A stretch of DNA of 64,000 bases from an uncultured Fimbriimonadaceae bacterium. Its GTDB lineage: Bacteria > Armatimonadota > UBA10988. The notes under the pieces were generated by a model. The model ran no database searches. It was not told the origin of the DNA and saw only the letters and a program-made list of their open reading frames with translations. Location of the stretch: positions 9,202 to 73,201 of the forward strand of contig CAYONP010000005.1 of NCBI GenBank assembly GCA_964405335.1, given 5' to 3'. The translations under genes were made by a program, and so were the position numbers. Shown one piece after another: positions 1 to 9,021 of this stretch (positions are counted from its first letter, which is position 1; each line of letters starts with the position of its first letter).

Positions 1-1
1 G

Positions 2-688
2 GCCCACTACCCCGAGCAGGGCATCACCGCCACGGTCTACACCTCGCCGGCTGAGTCCGAGTCGTACGTCGAGCTCGGGCTTCGCTCGCCGCTGCGCGAA
101 CTGAAGTCGGGCGACACGATGCGCTTCGCCGTCGAATACGGCGCGGCGCGCTGCCCGGCGCCGATTGTCGCGGCGAGCAACGTCGGCTGCGTCAACACGC
201 CGCTGACCGCCGAGCGGCTGGCCGACTCCGATCGCTCCGTGGCGCTGAAGGGGATCTTCGGTGTCTTCTATGCGGGTCAGGCGCAGATCGCCTTCTTTGA
301 CGCCGAGGGCGAGGTGCTCGCCCGCACCCAGCCGGTCACCGTCACGCCGCGCGAGGAGTTCCGGCTCGACACCATCGCGCCGCTGCCCGACGGCGCCGTG
401 CGCGCGGCGGTGGTCATCGTCGCCCATTCACGAGTCGACGTCGGCGAGCTGGCCGACTGCAGCATCGTCGACGCCCCCGCCCCGCCGCCCGACGGCCTGG
501 CCGCGCCGGCGCTGAGCGAGGTTACGCCGCTGCTGCCCGGCGTTCCCGAGGTGGAACTCGCACCGGGAGAGGGACCGTCCCTCGAAGCAGGGCCGGCGAT
601 GCCCGACGCGCCGGAGACGCCGGCTGACGACCAGCCCGCCGCGCCGGAGCCGATCCGGCCGCCGGAGACCGAGGATGGCACGCCGTAA
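2..688 (+). CDS. hypothetical protein (5' partial, frame open from window edge); Pro/Glu-rich C-terminal tail
   Basis: Frame 2 is open from nt 2 with no stop (AHYPEQGITATVYTSPAESESYVELGLRSPLREL...), so the gene starts upstream of the window. Protein-like composition. The stop overlaps the next gene's start by 14 nt. Confidence 0.5.
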   Translation, partial: AHYPEQGITATVYTSPAESESYVELGLRSPLRELKSGDTMRFAVEYGAARCPAPIVAASNVGCVNTPLTAERLADSDRSVALKGIFGVFYAGQAQIAFFDAEGEVLARTQPVTVTPREEFRLDTIAPLPDGAVRAAVVIVAHSRVDVGELADCSIVDAPAPPPDGLAAPALSEVTPLLPGVPEVELAPGEGPSLEAGPAMPDAPETPADDQPAAPEPIRPPETEDGTP

Positions 689-2345
689 GGCGTGGCTCGC
701 CGCACTGCTCTGCGCCGCCTGCGCCGCGCGGGGTGAGGCACCACACCGCATCGCCCTGACCGCGCGAACCGACGGACCGGCGCCGGCCGGCTGGTACCTG
801 CTGCCCGACTTGCTGGCCCACCGCACGCCGCCCGATGTGCTGCTGCGGCTCTGGTCGAACACCTGGCAGGAGGCGGCTGAGAACCTGCTCCTCGCCGCCG
901 AGGGCGGCGGCCTTCCGCTGGCCGAAGCACCGGACGGCACGCGCTGGCTGCGGCTCGACGGCATCGACCTGTGCACCGTGGCCGAGTGCGAAACCTGCCT
1001 GGCCGCGCCGCCCGACCCGCACCAGGTGCTCGAGCTGGCCGACCTGCCGGCCAGCACGGCCGACCAGTTGGCCTTCTACACCGCCGTCGGTCAGCGCGCC
1101 GAGGGGCATCGGTGGCTGCGGCTCTATGCCGTCGGCCTCGAGCCGCCGCGCCCGCCGGCTGGAGTGCGGGGGATGCCCGGTCCGCCGATCGCGCCGGTCG
1201 ATCCGCACCGGCCGCCCGGACCGCCGCTCGCGCCGGCGGGCTTGGTGCCGGCGGGACCGATCGGCGCCCGCGCCCCATTGCCGGCGCCGCCGAAGTTCCT
1301 CTCCACCGGCCTGTGGGCATACGGCGGCGACGAGTTCCGCAGCCAGCGCCGCACGGATGAGCTCGACCTGGGCGTGACCTACGAACTGCGCGCCCTGCCC
1401 GAGGGCGAGTTCCTCGGCCTGCCGGGCCGCGCGTCGCTGCTGGTCGACGACCTCGCCCCCGCCGACTCGGTCGCGGTGCGGGCGCATCCGCGCGACCTCG
1501 CGGCGATCCCCGACACCTGGTTCCACGACCGCCTCGACGCCGTCGAGGCCGGCGCTCGCACCGCGCTGGGCAACCGCTACCGCGTCGACGATCCGCTGCT
1601 CGCCCGCGCGCTCGATGTCTGTGTGCCGCTGCGCGAGCAGCTCGACCAGCCACCGTATCAGCTCGCCGCCGGGCTGGTCGACCTGGTCGCCGCGGTCGAC
1701 CAGGGCCGGCCGCTGAGCGACAGCGCCGCCAGCCGGTTGCGGCACGCCCGGCACCCCGACCTCATCCGGCGCATCGGGTCGTTGCGACGCGTGGCGGAGC
1801 TCACTCCCGGCTCGTACGCGCTGCCGGGGGCGCCGGCGGCGAGCATCGACGGGATGCTGGCGCCGGGTGAGTGGGCCACCGCCTGCCGCCTGCGCCTTGC
1901 GCTGCGCGATGACGGCACGCCGGCCGATCGCCCGGCCGAGGTCTGGCTGGCGCTGCGCGGCAACGAGCTCTGGTTTGCCGTCTCGGCGACCGAACCCGAT
2001 CCGGAAGCGGCGAGCATGGCCGACCGACTGCTCATCCGCGTGTCGACGGGCGACCTGGCGATGGTCACCGAGCACGCCTTCACCGTCGGCGGCGAGGCGA
2101 CGGCGCTCGAGCGCGACTCGATGACCGGCGCGGCGGCCGAGGCACCGGTGACCGGCCGTCACGCTGCGCTGTTCGACGGCCCCGGCTGGACGATGGAGGG
2201 CCGCCTGCGCCTGCCCGCCGGCGACGCTTGGCGGGTGCAGTTGATCACCGAGCACCGCGCCCGCTACGACCGCGACGCGACGGTGCTGCAACCAACCGCC
2301 GGCGCCGGCTGGTGGCCGCCGAGGTACGTTACGCTACACCGTTGA
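675..2345 (+). CDS. secreted hypothetical protein (Sec signal peptide, Pro-rich linker)
   Basis: N-terminus MARRKAWLAALLCAACAARG is signal-peptide-like. It has a long non-repetitive ORF with an internal PPRPPAG/PGPP linker. It overlaps the upstream gene, suggesting an operon. Confidence 0.55.
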   Translation: MARRKAWLAALLCAACAARGEAPHRIALTARTDGPAPAGWYLLPDLLAHRTPPDVLLRLWSNTWQEAAENLLLAAEGGGLPLAEAPDGTRWLRLDGIDLCTVAECETCLAAPPDPHQVLELADLPASTADQLAFYTAVGQRAEGHRWLRLYAVGLEPPRPPAGVRGMPGPPIAPVDPHRPPGPPLAPAGLVPAGPIGARAPLPAPPKFLSTGLWAYGGDEFRSQRRTDELDLGVTYELRALPEGEFLGLPGRASLLVDDLAPADSVAVRAHPRDLAAIPDTWFHDRLDAVEAGARTALGNRYRVDDPLLARALDVCVPLREQLDQPPYQLAAGLVDLVAAVDQGRPLSDSAASRLRHARHPDLIRRIGSLRRVAELTPGSYALPGAPAASIDGMLAPGEWATACRLRLALRDDGTPADRPAEVWLALRGNELWFAVSATEPDPEAASMADRLLIRVSTGDLAMVTEHAFTVGGEATALERDSMTGAAAEAPVTGRHAALFDGPGWTMEGRLRLPAGDAWRVQLITEHRARYDRDATVLQPTAGAGWWPPRYVTLHR

Positions 2346-2372
2346 CGCGAAATGTTAGCCCGGCCGTAACAT
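2342..2372 (+). promoter_or_regulatory. possible sigma70-like promoter (TTGACG-N19-TAACAT) ahead of 2436..3272
   Basis: AT-rich hexamers stand out in a GC-rich background about 65 nt upstream of the ATG. The 19-nt spacer is longer than optimal. Confidence 0.2.
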
Positions 2373-2435
2373 GAACGCGCCCGAGCGGCTGAACTCGCCC
2401 TGCCGGGCATCGTCAGTGCCGGCCAGGAGTGGTTC

Positions 2436-3272
2436 ATGCGGTCGCGGGCGAGGTCACTCGGGGTGGTCGGGTTGGCACTCTTCGGCGTCGTCGCGGCGGC
2501 GGCTCAGGACCGGCCGCAGCGCGGCGCGCGGGGAGCCATGCCGGCGATCACCGGCGAGATCCTCGACGTCGCCGACGAGTTCATCACCCTCCGCCCGTTG
2601 GCCACGCCCGACGCGGGTGCGGTGCGCGGTGGGCGCGGTGACGGCGACGGCGGCGTGTTCGGTCCCGCGCGCAGGCAGGCCGGTCCCGGCGGCGAGGTGA
2701 CCATCACGCTCGGCGGCGAGACCCGTTACCGCATTCTCGACGAGGGCGATGAAGACGCTCTCGAAGCTGATTTGCTCGCCGCGGCGCTTGGCTGGGCCGA
2801 CGACGATCCCGAGACCATGCTGGCCCGCGCGGTGGCGGTCTATCGGGCCGGCGACGAGCCGGCCGACGTGGTGCCGCTGCTGCTCGGCTCGCTGCGCCAC
2901 CTGGCTCAGGCGGCGGAGATCGGCCCGCGGCAGGGCCAGGGTCGGCCGCAGCGGCCCGAGTTCGTGTTCGGCACCATCGACACGCCGGCGCCGTTGACCA
3001 TCGAGCGGCTCGGTCGCGAAGAGCCCCGGCTGGTCGACGTCGACCTCGATCCCGAGGCGAAGGTGCTGTGCATCGATGAAATCGAGCCGGACGAGCTCGA
3101 GATCGGCCAGTGGGCCGTGGTCACGCTGGTCCGCCCGGAAGGCCGCGGCGGGCAGCGTGGGCGGCAGCCCGATTTGACGGCGGCGATGGTCATGATGACG
3201 CCGCCGATTGAGATCCGCGAGTTCGCCGGGCGCGCCGGAAGGCAGCCCGGTGATCGACCACCGGCACAATAG
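2436..3272 (+). CDS. secreted acidic hypothetical protein
   Basis: Signal peptide MRSRARSLGVVGLALFGVVAAAAQ. The body is Asp/Glu-rich. The antisense frame 2454..3269 is Arg-rich junk. Confidence 0.5.
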   Translation: MRSRARSLGVVGLALFGVVAAAAQDRPQRGARGAMPAITGEILDVADEFITLRPLATPDAGAVRGGRGDGDGGVFGPARRQAGPGGEVTITLGGETRYRILDEGDEDALEADLLAAALGWADDDPETMLARAVAVYRAGDEPADVVPLLLGSLRHLAQAAEIGPRQGQGRPQRPEFVFGTIDTPAPLTIERLGREEPRLVDVDLDPEAKVLCIDEIEPDELEIGQWAVVTLVRPEGRGGQRGRQPDLTAAMVMMTPPIEIREFAGRAGRQPGDRPPAQ

Positions 3273-3299
3273 CTCCTCCTTCCCGGTTGGTCACCTCCT

Positions 3300-3335
3300 C
3301 CGCCGCGGCGCAAGCCGCGGCGGCCTTCTTTGTGG
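3300..3335 (+). terminator. intrinsic terminator-like hairpin (CCGCCGCGGC-GCAA-GCCGCGGCGG followed by CCTTCTTTGT)
   Basis: A perfect 10-bp GC stem with a GCAA tetraloop, followed by a T-rich run. It lies between convergent genes and is oriented for the + strand transcript. Confidence 0.45.
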
Positions 3336-3347
3336 CCCGCGGAGCGG

Positions 3348-4520
3348 TCAAGCCAGGCCGCTCTGATCGAGGAGCTGGAGGAGCTTGGTCCGCGTCTCGC
3401 GGACCAGCATCTGCTCGCGGCGGAGCAGGCGCGCTTCAATGGCCCGACGGCGTGCCGCGGCGGCGCTGTTGGGCAGCGTCACGCCGGCCACCGAGGCGCC
3501 CGCCAGGGCAAGCCCGAGCCAGGCGACGGTGCGGCCGGGCAGCGCACTCGGCCACGGCGGCGGCCAGCGGCGGCGCGAGCGCAGCCAGCCATAGGCGGCG
3601 GTGAGCAAGCCGACCAGCGTGCCGCCGCCGGCGACGGCGATGGTCAGCCCGGTGGCGCGCTCGAAGTCGTGAGCCAGCCGCCGCTGCGCGGCCAGCAGCT
3701 CGAGCACCACCGGCGTGAGCTCGTGTCGGGCAGCGGCCGCGGTCACCTCGCCGAGGACCCGCTCCCGGCCGCGCAGGGCCATCATCACCGCGCTGACGCC
3801 GCCGAGCAGCACGCTCGGCCGGTCGGGCCCCGAGGCGATCTGTAGCCGGCCGATGGCGGCCATCCGGCCCAGCGGCTCGGCTGGCTCCTGGTTCCGTTGC
3901 CGGGCCGAGCGCGCGTCGGCATAGAGGTGCTCGAGCAGGTAGCGCGTCGCATCGGCCTGCCGCTCCGGCCACAACTCAGAGAGCGAGGCGCCGAGCCACG
4001 GCGCGGCCTGATCGACCGCCTCGGCGACCGGCGAACCATACGGCGTGTATCGCGTCGCGGCCAGCGCCTGGGCCAGCACGCCGGCTCCGGCTTGGCGGTC
4101 GCCGGTGCTCAGCCGCGCCGCGGCCAGGGCGAGGTGCGGCACGGCGTTATCGGCATCGAGCCGGGCGGCGGTGGCGAAGCCGCGCCGGGCATCGAGCGGC
4201 AGGCCACGCCGGCGGCCGAATCCGCCGGCGTGCGACAGGCCGTAGGCGTAGTTGATGGCGGGATCGTCCGGGGCGCCCTGGGCCGCCTCCTGGTAGGCGT
4301 GCGCGGCGGTCAGCGGGCCGGCGGCATCGACCTCGTCGGGCGCCACGCCGAGCGCCCAGCCGTAGGTCGCCAGGTGTGTCGGCTCGCCGTCCTCGGCGGC
4401 GCGGCGGAAGCAGCGCAGGACGACCCGGTCGACGCTGAGTCGGCGCGTCAGGCGACGCAGGCCGAGGTCGTACGGATCGCCCTGAAAGCGCTCAAGCAGC
4501 GCCGCCGGATCCATCGTCAC
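3348..4520 (-). CDS. TPR-like / membrane-anchored hypothetical protein (last gene of psp-like array)
   Basis: Helical repeat-like N-terminal half (AHAYQEAAQGAPDDPAINYAYGLSHAGG...). The C-terminus is hydrophobic with 2-3 predicted TM helices. It overlaps the PspA paralog stop by 29 nt, so the start codon is uncertain. Confidence 0.5.
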   Translation of the reverse strand: MTMDPAALLERFQGDPYDLGLRRLTRRLSVDRVVLRCFRRAAEDGEPTHLATYGWALGVAPDEVDAAGPLTAAHAYQEAAQGAPDDPAINYAYGLSHAGGFGRRRGLPLDARRGFATAARLDADNAVPHLALAAARLSTGDRQAGAGVLAQALAATRYTPYGSPVAEAVDQAAPWLGASLSELWPERQADATRYLLEHLYADARSARQRNQEPAEPLGRMAAIGRLQIASGPDRPSVLLGGVSAVMMALRGRERVLGEVTAAAARHELTPVVLELLAAQRRLAHDFERATGLTIAVAGGGTLVGLLTAAYGWLRSRRRWPPPWPSALPGRTVAWLGLALAGASVAGVTLPNSAAAARRRAIEARLLRREQMLVRETRTKLLQLLDQSGLA

Positions 4521-5448
4521 CCTCCGCGGCCGGGGCTGGTTCGGGCGCCGGCGCGGGCGGCGCGGCCGGCCCGCCCTTCATGCGGCGGAGCTCGTCCTCG
4601 ATGTCGGTGTCATCGGTGTCGCGGTAGCGGCGCTCGATTTCGCTGAGCATCCGCTCGCGCTCGATGGTCAGGTCGCGGCTCGGGCGGTCCCACGGGCTGC
4701 GGTACTCGACCAGCTCGGCCCGCTCGCGGCGCCGCCGGCGCGGGCGCGGCTCGTCGCTCTCGTCGCGCGGCACCTCGGCGCGGCCGAGCGTCGGCTCGGG
4801 CAGTGGCCGCTCGCGCTCGTCGGGCTCCAGCCGCCCCACGTCGGCGGCTTCGTCCTCGAGCTCGGACTCCGCCTCGGCGTCGACCTCGTCGAGCACCTCT
4901 CGCTCAATCACCTCGGCCCGGATCCGTGCGTCGAGCTCGTCGTCGGAATCGTCGAGCGGCGGCGGATCGAGGCCGAACTCGCGCCGGTACCGTTCATACC
5001 GCTCACGCAGCGCGGTGACCCGCTGGCGTGTGCGCAGAAAGTCGCTGCGCAGGCGCAACTCCTGCAGCTTGTCTTCGAGTTCGTCGATGTGGCGTTCGAG
5101 CATCGCGATCAGCTCTTGATGCTCGCTCCACTGCCGCTCGAGGATCTCGACCCCGCGGATGGCCCGCCGGCGGCGGCGGACCAGGTCGCGGCCGAGGTCG
5201 TCGTTGCCCGCGTCGACCGCCTGCTGCGCCCGCTCACGCAGCCGCTCGGCGTCGCGGCGCTCGGTATCCATGCGGCTCTTCAGCCGCTGCTCGTCGCGCA
5301 GCGCGACTTCGAGCTCGCTGCGCGCTTCGGCCAGGTCGCTTTCGAGCAGCGACAGCACCTCGTCGACGCCGTCGCGCTGCGGCGGGGCGTGGAGCAGGTC
5401 GTCCATCCCCTCGCGGATTGCCGCGCCCAGATCGCGGAAGAAACTCAC
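4492..5448 (-). CDS. PspA/IM30 (Vipp1) family protein, diverged paralog, GTG start, long acidic Pro-rich C-terminal tail
   Basis: N-terminus VSFFRDLGAAIREGMDDLL followed by coiled-coil heptads (…AQQAVDAGNDDLGRDLVRRRR…) typical of PspA. It lies 2 nt downstream of the stronger PspA paralog. The tail reads PAAPPAPAPEPAPAAEGDDG. Confidence 0.7.
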   Translation of the reverse strand: MSFFRDLGAAIREGMDDLLHAPPQRDGVDEVLSLLESDLAEARSELEVALRDEQRLKSRMDTERRDAERLRERAQQAVDAGNDDLGRDLVRRRRRAIRGVEILERQWSEHQELIAMLERHIDELEDKLQELRLRSDFLRTRQRVTALRERYERYRREFGLDPPPLDDSDDELDARIRAEVIEREVLDEVDAEAESELEDEAADVGRLEPDERERPLPEPTLGRAEVPRDESDEPRPRRRRRERAELVEYRSPWDRPSRDLTIERERMLSEIERRYRDTDDTDIEDELRRMKGGPAAPPAPAPEPAPAAEGDDGSGGAA

Positions 5449-5450
5449 GG

Positions 5451-6362
5451 CTAGAGCTCGACCCGGCGGCCCCAGCCGCCGCCGTTGTCATCGTCCTCGT
5501 CATCCTCGGGCGCGGGCCGCTGCAGATCGGCCGGCGGCTTCTCGGCCGGCTCTTCGGCCGGCGGGTCGGCCGGCGCCTCCAGCTCGCGGCGGCGCGAACG
5601 GCGGCCCTCGGACGGCTGCTCGGCGGCGCGGCCGGCCCGCTTGCGCATCTCCTCGAGCTCGATATCGACCTGCAGGTCGGCCTCGCTCTGCTGCCGCGAA
5701 CGGCCGGAACGCCGGCGGCCGGTCTCGCTGTCGATCCGCTCGGCCAGCTCGCGGTCGGGCTCCAGGTAGTCCTCAATCTCGCGCGACGCCTCGGTCCGCG
5801 CCTCGAGGTCTTCGATCTTGCCGGCCATCTCGTCGAACTTGTCGAACGCCGTCTGCTCGGTCAACGAGCCGGTGTCGATGCTCCGCGCCCTGCCGCGCCG
5901 GCCCTCGATCTGGCCCTGCGCGCGCTGCCGGTAGATGTCCGCCTGCAACGTGCGCCGCTTGTCGCGCGCCTCGCGGAGCCGCGCCTCGAGCTGCTTGTAC
6001 TGCTCGCGGAGCTTGTCCACCGCGTCCTGCTGCTCGGCCAGTTGCGTGTCGTACTCGCCGGCCAGGTCTTCGTAGGTGCGCTTCTTGCGCAGCGCGTCGC
6101 GGGCCAGGTCGTCCTTCGCCGCGTCGACCGCCTGCTGCGCCTTGCCCGCCCACAGACGGGTCAGGTCGTCGGCCTCGTCGAGCTGCCGGCGGAGGCGCTT
6201 CTCATCGGCCAGCGCGCGGATCAGGTGCTGCTTCGCCTGGCGCAGCGCATCCTCCATGTCGGTCAGGTAGAGGTCGAGCTGCTTCTCGGGATCCTCCGCC
6301 GACGAGAGCAAATCGTTGATGTTCGACTTGATGATCCTGCCCAGCCGCTTGCCGAAGCTCAC
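5451..6362 (-). CDS. pspA: phage shock protein A / IM30 family protein
   Basis: SFGKRLGRIIKSNINDLLSSAEDPEKQLDLYLTDMEDALRQAKQHL and KAQQAVDAAKDDLARDALRKK match the PspA N-terminal helix and core. GTG start with GGAAGGAG RBS 6 nt upstream. The longer ATG-start ORF (to 6431) begins with Arg-rich junk. Confidence 0.8.
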   Translation of the reverse strand: MSFGKRLGRIIKSNINDLLSSAEDPEKQLDLYLTDMEDALRQAKQHLIRALADEKRLRRQLDEADDLTRLWAGKAQQAVDAAKDDLARDALRKKRTYEDLAGEYDTQLAEQQDAVDKLREQYKQLEARLREARDKRRTLQADIYRQRAQGQIEGRRGRARSIDTGSLTEQTAFDKFDEMAGKIEDLEARTEASREIEDYLEPDRELAERIDSETGRRRSGRSRQQSEADLQVDIELEEMRKRAGRAAEQPSEGRRSRRRELEAPADPPAEEPAEKPPADLQRPAPEDDEDDDNGGGWGRRVEL

Positions 6363-6427
6363 CGCCGTCTCCTTCCGCCGCCGTCCCGCCGCTCTGCCTT
6401 GGCCACCGCGCCGCGCGATCCTCCCCG

Positions 6428-7171
6428 TCACTCCTCACAACGCTTCAGCCGCAGCCGCTGCTCCAGCCCATCGACGCGCACCTCGCGACGGCGCAGCAGC
6501 TCCAGCAGCACCGGCGCGTTGGCCACCAGGCCGAGCGGGCAGACCGACCCGCCGTCGAGGGTCAACATGCCCCACGCCGTGTCGGCTTCGCTGATCTCGC
6601 TCCACGGCCACTCGAGCCCCTCGCAGGCGAGGCCCATCGGGCCCACCTCGAGCGGCCCGAACCAGACCGTCTGCCCGCGCGCGAAGCGATCCAGCAGCTC
6701 CTCGCCCGTATTGTGATGCACCGCGGCCACCACGCGCTGGAGCAGCGGCTCGAAACCCTCCAGCTCGTCGTCGAAACGGAGCCTGCGCTCGCCCGCCTCG
6801 AGCACCACGCCGAGATAGAGCCGGTGCTCGCCCGGCAGCGGCAGCAGGCGCACCTTGGCGTCGAGGTAGAGCGCCTCCAGCTCGTCCCACCGGGCCTGAG
6901 CGATGCCCTGCAGCGCCGAGACGCGGAGACCATCTTGGTGGACCCAGACCACGCGCGTCAGCGTCGGGGCCAGATCGGCGATCAGCACGACCACCACCGC
7001 GGCGACGACCAGGCCGAACAGACCCGGCGTGAGCCGCCCACCGAGCCACTGCGCCACGGCGCTGAGCAAGACCAGGCCGGCCAGCACCGCCGGGATGGCC
7101 ACGCGGGACTTCCGCACGCGGTGGACCTCTTCCTCGGCGCCCAGTCCGGCCTCGTCGGTCGTCGCCGCCAT
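6428..7171 (-). CDS. 2-TM membrane protein, hypothetical (upstream partner of PspA pair)
   Basis: Two hydrophobic helices (IPAVLAGLVLLSAVAQWL and LFGLVVAAVVVVLIADL) then a soluble domain. The alternative frame 6435..7190 is Arg/Gly junk. Confidence 0.5.
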   Translation of the reverse strand: MAATTDEAGLGAEEEVHRVRKSRVAIPAVLAGLVLLSAVAQWLGGRLTPGLFGLVVAAVVVVLIADLAPTLTRVVWVHQDGLRVSALQGIAQARWDELEALYLDAKVRLLPLPGEHRLYLGVVLEAGERRLRFDDELEGFEPLLQRVVAAVHHNTGEELLDRFARGQTVWFGPLEVGPMGLACEGLEWPWSEISEADTAWGMLTLDGGSVCPLGLVANAPVLLELLRRREVRVDGLEQRLRLKRCEE

Positions 7172-7173
7172 GG

Positions 7174-7905
7174 TTACTCCTCAACCTCAAACAACGACTG
7201 CTGCACCGGCTCGGGTCCCACTGCTTCGCTCGCTGTCACCCGCGGCCGGCCGCGCAGCCGCGCGGCCATCGCGCGGGCGGTGTCCAGGTCGGCGGCCAAC
7301 TGGCGCTTCAGCTCGTCGAACTCGGCGCCATGCTTGCGCAGCAGGAAGGCCGGGTGAAGCACCGGCATCACCCGCGCGGGCCGGTACGGATGCTCATCGA
7401 ACCACTTGCCCCGCTCGCGGGTGATGCTCACCGCCCGACCCAGGATCAGCTCGGCCGACGGCGCGCCGATGCAGACGATCACCCGCGGGCGAATCAGCGC
7501 CAGCTCGGCGTCGATCCATGCGCGGCAGGCTTCGATCTCGTCGGGCTCAGGGTCGCGGTTGCGGCCCCGGCCGCCCTCGGTCCGGGTCCACGGCCGGCAC
7601 TTGACGATGTTCGTGATCCAGACATGCTCGCGCCGGATGCCGAGCTCGCTGAGGCACTCGGTCAGCAACTGCCCCGCCCGGCCGACGAACGGCGAGCCCT
7701 CGCGATCTTCCTGCTCGCCGGGCGACTGGCCGGCGAGCAGCATCGGCGTGTGCGGATTGCCCTGGCCGAAGACCACCTGCGTGCGATCGGCGTGCAGCCG
7801 GCAGGCGGTGCAGGCCAGCGCCGCCTGGCGCACGGCGGCGAGGGTCGCCTCGATCTGTGACCGTTCGGTTTCGGGCACCCGCAACGGCTCCCGGCAGGCC
7901 GGCAC
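7174..7905 (-). CDS. uracil-DNA glycosylase, family 4 (UdgA-type, Fe-S)
   Basis: CTACRLHADRTQVVFGQGNPHTPMLLAGQSPGEQEDREGSPFVGRAGQLL and HVWITNIVKCRP are family-4 UDG motifs. GTG start. Confidence 0.8.
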   Translation of the reverse strand: MPACREPLRVPETERSQIEATLAAVRQAALACTACRLHADRTQVVFGQGNPHTPMLLAGQSPGEQEDREGSPFVGRAGQLLTECLSELGIRREHVWITNIVKCRPWTRTEGGRGRNRDPEPDEIEACRAWIDAELALIRPRVIVCIGAPSAELILGRAVSITRERGKWFDEHPYRPARVMPVLHPAFLLRKHGAEFDELKRQLAADLDTARAMAARLRGRPRVTASEAVGPEPVQQSLFEVEE

Positions 7906-7932
7906 ACTCGGCCGGTCGGCAGGCGCCTCCTT

Positions 7933-9021
7933 TTACCACGCCGGCGCCGGGCCGTCGAACGCCAGCTCGATGCCGAGCACCCACAGCTCGGGCCCGCCGG
8001 CCGGCCAGAGGTCGAGCCGCACGGCGTCCTTTTCGGTGGTGATCACCGCCTCGCAGCCGGCGGTCGTCGCCCGCTGCACCACCCCGGCGATGTTCTCCTG
8101 CGTGTAGCGGTGGTGGTCGGGAAACGGCTCCTCCTGCACCGCCGCCGCGCCGAGCCCGGCCACCGTGGCGAAGAACGCGCCGGGATTGCCGATGCCGGCC
8201 ATGGCCGCCACCCGCCGGCCGGCGATGCGACCCAGCTCGAGGCCCGCGCCGGAGGGAAAGTGGGTCAGTCTCACCGGCGCGTGGCGCGTCAGGTAGACCG
8301 GCGCCTCGGGCGCCAGCGCGCGCAGCCGGGCGGTCAGCTCGCCGAGCGGGCAGGCGTCGGGATGGTCGGTACGGGTAATCCAGATCTGGTCGGCCCGCCA
8401 CAGCGCCGCGGGCGGGTCGCGCAGCGTGCCGTCGGGGAACAGCTCGCCGACACCGAACGGCTGCGTTGCATCGAGCAGGACGATGTTCTCGTCGACGGCG
8501 AGGCGGCGGTACTGGAAGCCGTCGTCGAGGATCAGCACCCGGGCATCGAATCGCGCGACCGCCGCCAGCGCGGTCTTGCGCCGGTCCTTGCCGGCCAGCA
8601 CCGGCACGTCGCCGAGCCGCTCGGCCAGCAGCGCCGCCTCATCGCCGATGTCGTCGACACTGAGCCGCCGCTCCAACCCGTCGTGGACCGTGTTCACGCC
8701 GCGCAGCCGCTTGCCGCCGTGGCCGCGGATGAGCACCGCCACCCGCTCGCCACGGTCGCGGAAGTGACGGGCTAGGTAGGCCACCGCCGGCGTCTTGCCC
8801 GTGCCGCCGACGGTCAGGTTGCCGACCGAGATGACCCGCGCGTCGACCTCGAGCGGACGCACCAGCCGCAGGCCGTAGGCCGCCTCGCGCAGGGCCAGAC
8901 CCAGGGCGTAGCCGCGCGCGGCCAGCCACAGGCCGGCCCGGCTCGGCGAGCGGCCGGCCACCGTGGCGAACCACCAGGCCTCCAGTGGCGCCGGCGCCGG
9001 TCTGGCGGTCGGGTCAGGCAT
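7933..9021 (-). CDS. lpxK: tetraacyldisaccharide 4'-kinase
   Basis: VISVGNLTVGGTGKTPAVAYLA P-loop and LDDGFQ motif. It overlaps kdtA by 8 nt. Confidence 0.8.
   Translation of the reverse strand: MPDPTARPAPAPLEAWWFATVAGRSPSRAGLWLAARGYALGLALREAAYGLRLVRPLEVDARVISVGNLTVGGTGKTPAVAYLARHFRDRGERVAVLIRGHGGKRLRGVNTVHDGLERRLSVDDIGDEAALLAERLGDVPVLAGKDRRKTALAAVARFDARVLILDDGFQYRRLAVDENIVLLDATQPFGVGELFPDGTLRDPPAALWRADQIWITRTDHPDACPLGELTARLRALAPEAPVYLTRHAPVRLTHFPSGAGLELGRIAGRRVAAMAGIGNPGAFFATVAGLGAAAVQEEPFPDHHRYTQENIAGVVQRATTAGCEAVITTEKDAVRLDLWPAGGPELWVLGIELAFDGPAPAW

Noticed and set aside
277-2291. Long minus-strand ORFs (277..1653, 522..2291) antisense to the first two genes
   Set aside because: They are extremely Arg/Ala/Gly-rich low-complexity translations (RRRGRGR…), typical of out-of-frame reading in high-GC DNA. 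They have no signal or TM features and sit opposite a plus-strand ORF with protein-like composition.
2371-2700. Small ORFs in the 2346..2435 intergenic region as a possible small protein
   Set aside because: 109-aa Arg/Ser-rich translation overlapping the start of the 2436 gene in another frame, with no RBS. It is spurious.
6363-6427. Sigma54 (-24/-12) promoter upstream of pspA, by analogy with E. coli
   Set aside because: No TGGCAC-N5-TTGCA element is present. Only a TGGCCA fragment without the -12 GC occurs. No pspF-like activator gene is nearby.
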